Shown here: in pieces, positions 24,428 to 33,680 of the stretch | Layout: each line of letters begins with the position of its first letter | How positions within the stretch are numbered: position 1 is the first letter of the stretch | NCBI GenBank assembly: GCA_035084275.1 | Contig: CM068769.1 | Span: 2,046,001 to 2,110,000 of the forward strand | DNA from: Hydrolagus colliei | Taxonomy: Eukaryota | DNA: 64,000 nucleotides | Direction of reading: 5' to 3' | Program-made: the position numbers and the translations under genes | Notes under the pieces: generated by a model | What the model saw: the letters and a program-made list of their open reading frames with translations, nothing else | Database searches by the model: none | Told to the model about the DNA's origin: nothing

Positions 24428-26393
24428 CTGTGGGGTGCAAATTAGAGGTTAGTTGGAACAACAAAGTCATAACAGCACAATCATAATCCTTGCATTTTGT
24501 ACAGCACTTTTGCTATTTTCTTCGCATCTCAAAGCGCTTTGCAGATTAAACTGTAAAGTGAATTCACCGTATATTTGTCGGCGAAATGCGGCAGGCAATT
24601 GCTCAAGGCAGTGTCCCACAAACAGTTGTGGATTGAAATTACCAATTTTATTATTGTGTTATTTTGGAATATTCATTATTAGGCGTGTGGTGTAAAGAAA
24701 CTTGCCCACGCTTTTGAGCTGACCTGCTTGGATTCGAGCACAGGTCTTACGCTTGTAATCATTAAGATGCAAGACTGCACGAGACTCTTACAGCAAAGAA
24801 GAAGGCAGTGCTTCCGTACTGACATTTGAATGCGCTGTCCATCTAATCCCACACCCAAGCTCCTATCATATAGCCATCCAGCAAATTTCATTTGGATTAC
24901 TCTATTTATACAAACACCTTTTGAAAATTGTTATTCAATCTGCTTGTATCATAGTTTCAGGCGCACATTCCACATTGTGAAATAATTGTGATTATCTCCC
25001 CTATGGCTCTTTGCTTGACGATTGGTTAATAATCCACTGGCCAGTGCAAAATATTCTCTGTACCTGCTCTATCAATCACTCCCTTAAACTTCATTTTTCC
25101 AAGAAGAACCTTGCCTAGCTCTCGTCACTTCATTCATGCCAAGTGCCTCATCTCTTTTCCATTCTGTTAATACTCCTTAGTACCCTGTCCAAGTCTCTGA
25201 GATCCTTCCCATGTATCCATTAAAACCTTTAATGTTTCCAAGATAGATTTTTTTTCAAATATAAGGAATTTTATTATCTCACTGGTGGGAAAACAGAGGA
25301 ATGGATGAGCTGCTGAAGTTAATCCGGATTTTAGTGCAGACACAACCCGTATGCCTATTTCCTTGACACAATTTATATAACCGCTCGTTAAATACTCCAA
25401 TTTATTAAGCTTCTGTTCTCCAGCAGTAAATGGGAACCCCAATTTCTGTCGATTTCCGGTGCCAGTCATCACTAATATATATATATCTATATATATATAA
25501 CCATTAGGTAACTCAATCCTACACCGTTTCTGTGACATTTCTGTGCTGCATTGTCCATATAATTTCGCCCGCAAACAATATAACTCTAAATAATAATAAG
25601 ACTCAATACTTGTCAATAATAATAATCTTTGCGTTTCCTGTAGCAGATTTGAACTATGCTGGAATCTCAAAACACTTCACAGAATACAGCGAAAGGTTAA
25701 TTGCCTGTATCCTTGTATAGCCTTTATAGTTCACTGTGTAAGCTGTAACGCTTTCAGATGCCTCAAAGATCTGGAGAGCATTATGTCGAAAGCGACGATT
25801 AATATTATCTCTGATCAATACACGAATTAGTTAAATTTTGCTTGCTTAGTCGTAAAGTTGTTCGCGATAGGAGATTGCCCACATTGAAGCTTTGCTTGTC
25901 TATAATCATGGTAAAGTGTAGCAGAGAACCAGGTGTCAGTATGTACAGTTAACTGAGTTAGTTTACAGTTGAGGGAGACGGAATTCCCCTCAGTAATTGC
26001 TGATAATTTAACATTGCTGCTGGAGGAGCTGAACTCTCTGGCTTGTTTCCAATATCACGGCTCTCTCAGACTGTGAGCCCCTCAGTGCAGTATCACTTTC
26101 AGCAGCAGAAAAGTGCATTCTTTATTTTTTTGGTTAAAAATTTAAAATCATCGCTTGCTTGCTTGCTTGCTTGCTCGCTCGCTCGCTCGCTCGCCGTCTT
26201 ACATTCTTGCTTAGCGCCCACCCCACTGACACCACCTTATTCAGAAACCCCAGATCGGGTGCGAGGTTATAATTGTCAATCGCATTGTTTTCTCAATAGT
26301 GACCTTAATAAATAATAAATTTTATAATTTCTCCCCAGTAAAATGGCTCAAACAGCTTTACATGAGGAAACTTGTGAGGATAAAGGAACAAGA

Positions 26394-26890
26394 ACAACAA
26401 CAACAATTTTACAATTCCAAAGCACTTTACAGGTCAGGAAGACGTCCCAAGGCGATGGACAGTCATTAGTTGGGACCCCAGCTGGGGAAGGGTATGTGGA
26501 AAGATGGATTGGAGGAGATTTGGAGTGACAAAAATGTTTGCGAAAGAGGAGGATTTTTAGGCGGGACTTGCAAGAGACCAGGGAGGGCGCGAGGTGAAGA
26601 GACTTTGGGATCGAGTTACAGAGATGGGGACAGAGTGGCTGAAGGCTCGACCGCCAATGGTAGAGTTGTTGGTCGGAGGACGGGGAGCAGGCCGGTGACT
26701 GCTGAGTCGGGGGGGCGGGCTGTTTCGTTGCGAGTTGTGACGAAGCAGATGTAGGCAATGGATGGCTGTGAATTTGAGGACCAGGAACTTGAGTTGAATT
26801 CTCTGGTTGTTAGAAGGCAACCTAATACTGCATTTGCGCTGTAGCTCACACTAGATGAGATCATTGTGCGACATAGAGGATAAACTTACA
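26394..26890 (-). mobile_element. L2-type LINE 3' fragment
   Basis: Reads QRIQLKFLVLKFTAIHCL...TIGGRAFSHS...LCNSIPKSL, with an (ACA)n tail at 26392-26405. Confidence 0.8.
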
Positions 26891-27133
26891 ACCTTTTAAC
26901 TGAGAATTACGATTGCTACCAGCTGAACAGTCTGACCCATCAGTTAACGGCGCTTTGTGTTGGATACGTTGATTTCACTCCTTTTATTATTAGTTTTTTC
27001 TGACAATAGCAACCGTTCATTGACCGGAAGTCAATGGTGTCAGCTTGTAGCCAGCAAAGAATGCCAAATATGTAACTGAAAATGCATCAGAATTTTTGTT
27101 TTTAAAATTATTTTGGGATTTTTTCGCACTTAC

Positions 27134-27484
27134 TTTTCGTAACAGTTACTTTTGTTCCAAACGCATATTTGTGTTTAAGTGAGCTTCTCACTGTGTGACG
27201 ATATTCCTCATATCGAACGTTACAATAATAGGTAGCGCTGTCTTGAAATTCCAAAGCACTGATTTCTAGAGAAGAAGAATTCGATGCCTCGTCTGTTGTT
27301 ACAGCGAACCGCCCATCATTAGGAATGGACTCCCTCTGTTTCCCTTGTTCAATTTTTCTAAAAAAATTAATTCGATTGAATGTCTCACAAGGTCCTCCTT
27401 CAAAGACACAGTTGATGGACAAAGACTCACATTCCTTTCTCGTAACCGAGGTTGGCGTCTGCTTTACTGAGACACTGAAAACAT
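27134..27484 (-). CDS. Germline pre-joined NAR-type V+J exon 'V3' (non-rearranging, leaderless)
   Basis: 351-bp exon with ttttcag acceptor and GTAAGT donor, phase 1-1. Reads VFSVSVKQTPTSVTRKECESLSINCVFEGGPCETFNRINFFRK...DSATYYCNVRYEEYRHTVRSSLKHKYAFGTKVTVTK. Complete V domain including the G strand. Confidence 0.88.
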
Positions 27485-28367
27485 CTGAAAATTATGCAAA
27501 TCAAAAATCAGATTAAGCATTTCAAAAACTGTCGGCTCCTATTGCAAATCAATCCAAATTTAATCTTATTCTCTGAACTGCCTTAATGCGGCTTTACATA
27601 GCACATAAATAAACGTTTGTTTCAGTTTATCTTTTATGTATTTGTATATTTTGTAGTTTTACCTTAGTATCTTTGCATCTCATTCCACGAGAGCTTGTTG
27701 GACTTTGCTGAGATCTATTCGTCTTACTCTTCATCCCTGCTTCTTCCGAAACTGTCCAGCTAACTATCTTTTTAATTTAAGGTGCATTTTATTCTGTACA
27801 TGTTTGCTATTTGAATACATATTTAACAGATAGCTTTAGCAGCGTTCTTGCCAGGAAAACGGATAGATGTGCAGTTGAGCGAAGGAAGGCAATTTAGTGC
27901 ACCAAACTCACGGCAAAAGTTATGAGTTTTATCTCTCATTGAATGAGTTCAAGATGTAATATGGTGCTTGAACTCACAAGCTTCCAACTCAGAAGTAGTT
28001 TCTGCCAACTGGATAATCTGCCCCTGCATTGCCGTGTTTTTGTTTTAAAATTAATCTGAGATTAGCACAAGTAAATTAGGATCCTGTTTTCAATCCTGGC
28101 GGAAAGTTGAATGCATCTGAATGAACGCACAATTATTTACTTGTTTGTGAATCAAGTTGCTAAACTGTCATAAGCAGGGCCCTGGAGTGTTGTAGATCCA
28201 TCTGGTTTAGCAACCGGACTAGAGACTGATCACAGAGAGTGGAATCAATCGCTACATCCTGTGGCCAATCATGTCACCTTGGATCAATCGACGAATACGA
28301 GTATTTGTTAGCGAATGGTCCTGAATAAATTTTGTGTAAGCAAATGATTGAATCTATCCTCACTTAC

Positions 28368-28718
28368 TATTTGTTACAGTTAATCTGGTTCCAGTCCCAT
28401 CTTTAGTTTTTATCGAGTTTCCCACTGTGCAATGATATTCGTCATATCGAGCTCTGCAATAATAGGTAGCGCTGTCTTCAACTTCCAACTTATTGATTTG
28501 TAAAGATAACGAAGTCGATCCTTTGCCGGTTTTTATAACAAACCGATCATCATCAGGGATGGACACCCTCCGTGTCTCTTTGCCAACTTGTCTAACAAAT
28601 TCCAAGCTCTTGAAATTCACATCCAATCGTGCTTCAAATACACAGTTGATGGCCATTGATTCGCATTCCATTCTCTGCAGAGATGTTGGTGTCTGCTTTA
28701 CCGAGACACTGTCAGCTA
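28368..28718 (-). CDS. Germline pre-joined NAR-type V+J exon 'V2' (non-rearranging, leaderless)
   Basis: 351-bp exon with tttcag acceptor and GTAAGT donor, phase 1-1. Reads ADSVSVKQTPTSLQRMECESMAINCVFEARLDVNFKSLEFVRQ...DSATYYCRARYDEYHCTVGNSIKTKDGTGTRLTVTN. The DGxGT G strand matches the cassette J. Confidence 0.88.
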
Positions 28719-29764
28719 CTGAAATATATACACAATGTGTTAATGGACGTTAGTATTGGAACACAAGATCTTCAGAATTAGAACATAAGAACATGAGAAT
28801 CAGGAGGAAAAGGCACAATGTGTTAATGGAAGTTAATAATAGAACACAAGAATCAGGAGGAGAAGGCATTTCGACACCTCAATCCTGCCCCACCATTTAA
28901 TAGGATCATGGCTGATCTATCCTAATTCCACCTGTCCGCCTCATCCCCGCATCTCTTAAACCCTTTATCCACAAGCAATATATCAATCTCACTCTTGAAT
29001 ATGTTCAAGGACTGAGCATCTAAAGCTCTTTGGGTTACAAAAATCAATAAACTCACTGTCCTTTGGGTGATGTATCCGCCTGCTGAGTATTATCAATATT
29101 CATTATTCAGGTTTACGTGCAGCTCATCTGAATAAATCTCAAGATTTGGCTTCAATTCTTGACTCACTTTGTAACGATGCCAGTTAGCAACCCGGGACGC
29201 CCACCGCTGAAAGCCATGGTGCAAATGCAACAGAGTGTATCTCCAGCGTAGAATTTGGAGTGCAAAAATCATCTTTAATCTCGAAAGAAAATAATTCGAC
29301 ACAATTGACCTACTGATCACTTTTCTTTTTCTCTTTATGTTATGTGCCTATGATGGTGGGGGAAACGGATATCGTTATTTTACTTAAAAGTGAAACAATT
29401 TCGAAACTATTGGTAAAGTGACTGAGTAGGCTGCAACTTAAAATGGTCTGTAAGGACTCCATTGGACTGTAGCTGAAACATGTCAACAAACACCGCCATG
29501 AATAAGAATTTACAAGCCAACTTCCGAGTACTGTGCCACTACGAAAATGTGTCTGCCCCGAATATATTCCAAGAAAAGACTGCTTTGTAAGTCATTTAAC
29601 CCACATATTTTGTCAAATAGACTTGCAGGTTGTCTTGCTTGGAAAACAGACCCTGCCTGTTGCGCTTTCACTTTCAGAGATAATGGGAGTAGATTGATAA
29701 GAGACCCAACCTTCATTCACTGGTCTGCTTTCCAGTTTATGTCAACGTGGATGCAATTATTGGA

Positions 29765-30080
29765 GTCCTGTATCTCAGTGGTTACAGCACGCGCCTCACA
29801 AGCGTGAGACCTATGTTAGAATCCCGGCACATCAGGACGATTGCTTGGGAAAGTTTCCTTACTCAACACACAAGCCTGATAATAACGCATCCAGAAAAAG
29901 CCTTGAATCATATTGGTCATTTCAACCCAAACACTTTCTGGCTAAGTGCTCTGAGAAATTAACTAACGCGTTTCGCCCACAACGACAGAGTCAATTCGCT
30001 TTACAGTATATTCTGTGAAGCGCTTTGAGACGTCTAGAACAGAAGAATAGCGCAATGTGAAAACGTGGAAAGATTGTAAT
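29765..30080 (+). mobile_element. tRNA-derived SINE
   Basis: Head ctcagtggttacagcacgcgcctcacaagcgtgagacc... (A/B-box-like, resembles tRNA-Val by eye). Tail shared across copies: gtcaattc.ctttacagtatattctgtgaagcgctttgagacg. Confidence 0.75.
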
Positions 30081-30410
30081 TTTTATTATAGATTAACCGG
30101 CTTGCAAAACCGGATATCTATCGCAATCGCCTGCAGGGATAAAGGCGGAGAATTAGCTTGTCTTGCTTGGAAGACCGGACACTGCCTGAAGCTCATCCAC
30201 TTTCCGATATTACGGGAACGGGTTGTTAGAGATCCTGATCTCATTTTATGGTCTGCACTTCCATTTAATGTCAACTTGGACACAGTTCAGCTCCCAGAAA
30301 ACTCCCATCTTCTGTATATTCTTAATCATACCATAATGACACAGCTTTGCTTCTGTGCTAAAACAGGTCGACCGCAACATGAATTAATGCTTCCAGCAAT
30401 ACAACAATTA

Positions 30411-30539
30411 NNNNNNNNNNNNNNNNNNNNNNNNNNNNNNNNNNNNNNNNNNNNNNNNNNNNNNNNNNNNNNNNNNNNNNNNNNNNNNNNNNNNNNNNNN
30501 NNNNNNNNNNNNNNNNNNNNNNNNNNNNNNNNNNNNNNN
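30411..30539. other. Assembly gap (129 N)
   Basis: Run of n inside the J-to-V2 intron. Confidence 0.99.
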
Positions 30540-31103
30540 TACTTCAACGTTTGTTTCTTATATTTTGGCAGAATAACATGTGTTCGCGTTCTTCAATATA
30601 TATTCAATTTGTTGCTTTCGAGTCAAACATAGAATTCGTTGGAAGCACTCAACCTACACAAAGAGAGAACGCTTCAATTTAATGATCCCGCTTCGAAAAG
30701 GCGGTATTGTAATTGAATTTTTTACGGTACATTTTTTATTGGAGTCAGTTCCGTCCAAGGAGATCTGATATCTCGAGCGAATGGAGGCGGAAAGGGTTGT
30801 CATACGCCATTGGAAGTAACATATCCTGTGTTAATTAGTTACCTGAATTTACATTGAACATGTCCTGTCGGCAAGTTTCTTTGGAAACTCGACAGAAAAA
30901 TTAAATGACATTAGAAAATAATGAAATCCACGTAATGTACCAACGAAACAGCCTTTTCAAAATCAAAAACATATAATTTATTTTCCAAAAGCCGTCAAGT
31001 GGATTGTTGAAATGACAACAATCATTATTTTTAGAATAATGCATTCGAGAAATTCACGTAAATAAAGTTTTATTTTACGATGATAGAAATTATCCACACT
31101 TAC

Positions 31104-31159
31104 TTTTTGTTACCGTGATTTTGGTACCTGATCCGTCTGCAGTATAGTACCCAGAATTA
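31104..31159 (-). CDS. NAR-TCR J segment
   Basis: Reads NSGYYTADGSGTKITVTK, then A|GTAAGT donor. RSS on the 5' side: heptamer 31160-31166 (cacagtc), 23-nt spacer, nonamer 31190-31198 (gcaaaaact). Confidence 0.92.
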
Positions 31160-31538
31160 CACAGTCACACAGCACTCGTTATACAAGCTGCAAAAACTGT
31201 TCTATCTGATCATGACTGAATACAGAGAATAAGTACAACTAAATGCTAACAAGTTAGTTATCAGTTTCTACATCACTACCATGGTCTCAACATACATTGA
31301 CTTTGTCCAATACAGGGTTCATTTAAATATTACTTCCAACAAACACTGACAAGGTGCTTAGCACATGAAACAATCTACTGTTAATAATTCCATAAATATT
31401 GGCTTGAAATCAGTAATTTCGAATGTAAACATCCGAGAAATGTAGCAAAATACAACAGTACACAGAATTTAGTGTTCAGGTACAATGTATTTCCATGTAA
31501 ATAGCTGCACGGTATTTGTGCTGTTTGATTCCATTGTG

Positions 31539-31558
31539 GCCTTCCAAACCATATCCAC
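31539..31558 (-). CDS. NAR-TCR D segment (20 nt, 12/12 RSS)
   Basis: On the + strand: ggtatttgt (31511-19), 12 nt, cattgtg (31532-38), core gccttccaaaccatatccac, cacagta (31559-65), 12 nt, acaaataca (31578-86). Confidence 0.92.
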
Positions 31559-31953
31559 CACAGTATTTGCTGTAAACACAAATACATTATTTTGCAGAAC
31601 AAATGTAATATTCTCTGGTCATTTACAATTATCAATCAATGATATAAAGGTGTGCAATTATTTTGAATATTTACTTAGTGAGACTTATCATGCCATCTGT
31701 CTCACTTCCTTAAACATCTATATGTGCCAATTGCATTCAACAATTAAAGTGAATTCATACTCACGAACTTTTCCCATCTGTTCATCAAAAAATAAAAAAG
31801 CTTGAAGAGAGAGTTATTCAATCACCATTGCACATCACACAACACTGGAAAATGTGCATTCAAGTGACTGAAAAGTTCACATTGTCCGTCTCTTTTCTTT
31901 GCGTTGGTGAAGAGGCTTTTTGTATTGTTTGTGAGCCGGGATGCATCACTGTG

Positions 31954-32242
31954 TTTTGCCAAAAATATCGAGCTGTACATCTGTAGGTAGCGCTGTCGGC
32001 AACTTGCAAATTATTAATTTCCAGCCTAGATGTCTTTGCTCCCACTTTGATTACACCAAACCGTCTTTCATTAGGTATAGGCTTCCAATATCCTCCATTT
32101 GGAAACTGCCTTTGAAATGCCAAGCTAATGTCTTTGTAGTAACCCGAATTCCCGTCAGCAAAGACGCAGTTGATGGTCAAAGAATCGCATTCTTCTTTAG
32201 TAACAGAGGTTGGTGTCTGTGTTACGGTCTGACTGAAAACAT
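31954..32242 (-). CDS. Rearranging NAR-TCR V segment 'V1' (IgNAR-like)
   Basis: Reads VFSQTVTQTPTSVTKEECDSLTINCVFADGNSGYYKDISLAFQRQ...DSATYRCTARYFWQ. NAR hallmarks: LTINC, short CDR2/C'-C'' region, TYRC. RSS is CACAGTG (31947-53) + 23 nt + ACAAAAAGC (31915-23). Confidence 0.92.
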
Positions 32243-32610
32243 CTGAAACATGTACAACAGGATATCAGGTTAATAGAGGCACTGCCCTGACCTGTAACAT
32301 TAGCAGCAAATCCCGATGCATGGCTTGAGTTCAATTGACTTCAATTAATACAAAACTGATATAATTATACTATCATATATAATTAATAGAATATACGCAG
32401 AACAGACCAATCGATAGGAATCGGCGGCTGCTTCTCAGCCGCAAAATACAAAAAGAGAAACTACGGTCACTTCGACATACAATCTACTATATGAAGCCCT
32501 TTAAGGCGTTTGATCGACGTGACAATCCACTGTATAAACCAAGCAATAATGTAAATTATGAGGTTAACGATGGTATTCATTTGGGCCGTGTAATTGTTAC
32601 AAAACCTCAC

Positions 32611-32653
32611 GTTGTAAGAAGTGGAAGGCGATGGCGACAGAGATGAGATGCAT
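32611..32653 (-). CDS. Leader exon of NAR-TCR V1
   Basis: ATG...MHLISVAIAFHFLQ, then C|GTGAGG. 43 nt, phase 1, in frame with V1. A CRE-like TGACGTGA lies at 32745-32752 upstream. Confidence 0.8.
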
Positions 32654-32989
32654 TCTCTCCTCGCTGGACAACAGAGTGACTCTGTGTAACACAGGGATGT
32701 TCTGTAGCAGCGTTAGCGACTACATTATACTGATACAGACACATTCACGTCAGGAGAATCACACTAGCGTGTGACATGATTGCTGGTGACAACGGATTTA
32801 GGAGATGGAGGAGGGCGGGGCGAGAAGCTATTTAAGGAAAGGGAGTGACGAACTGCGCACGTGCGCAGCGAGCAGAAATCACTGATTTGTGGGTGATTGT
32901 TGAATAAATATGCAATTGGCGAGGGCAGTGAGAAGCATGTAAGTGATGATACTTCCAGAGGGTAAACGTCGGCGTGATGTAGAGATGGC

Positions 32990-33680
32990 CATTGTTGTGA
33001 GTTGGTAAAGACAAGTTAACAACGAGAACAACAAAATTACATTGATAGAGCGTCGGGGAGAAGTCACAATGCGCTGAACAGCGAGTTCGGGACCAGAGCA
33101 GTAGGGGCAAGAATCGGGGTACTGGCAAGGGGAAGGATGGAGAGTTTGGAGGGGAGATAGAAAGATTTGGGAGTGGAGGGAGAGAGAGTATGCAGGGAGA
33201 GGGAAAGATTTGTGACTGAAGGGAGAGAGTCCTGTGTCTTATGAGATAGTTGGGAAGGGTGGCAGAGATTTGAGAGGGGATGCAAAGAGTTGGCAGCGGA
33301 GTAAGAGAATTTGGAGGAAGAGATATTTGGAAATGGAGTACAGATTTGGGACGAGTAGAGAGTTCGAAGGGGAGAGCGAAAGTTGGGTGGGGAAGGAGAG
33401 TATTGGTCGGGATGGGACAGAGTTGGGAGAGGATGGATACAGCTGGGAGAGGAGAGTGCGAGAGATGGGTAGATGGAGCGAGAGTGTTGTAATTGGGAGG
33501 GAAAGAATTGGGAGGGGAGAGAGCAGGGTTGGGAGGGAATTGGGAGTGGAAACAGCGAACTTTAGAGCAGGGAGAGATTTGGGCATGGAGGGAGAGAGTT
33601 GTGAGGGTAGAGGAATATATTTGGGAGGGGAGGGGGAGAGAGTTGGGAGGGCAGATGATGGGTGAGGAGGAAACTAGTAG
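32990..33680 (-). repeat. Degenerate L2 3' end with expanded GA-rich tract
   Basis: Purine-rich run on +. Bases 33040-33110 resemble the reverse-complemented L2 terminus, like 10320-10790. Confidence 0.5.

Noticed and set aside
25167-25670. 167-aa ORF as a leader or extra exon between V3 and V-delta
   Set aside because: No signal-peptide or Ig features and no fitting splice sites. It overlaps AT-rich and repeat-like sequence.
27494-27501. Octamer ATGCAAAT upstream of V3, suggesting its own Ig-type promoter
   Set aside because: It lies within the acceptor's pyrimidine tract about 10 nt from the exon, with no leader nearby. Probably incidental.
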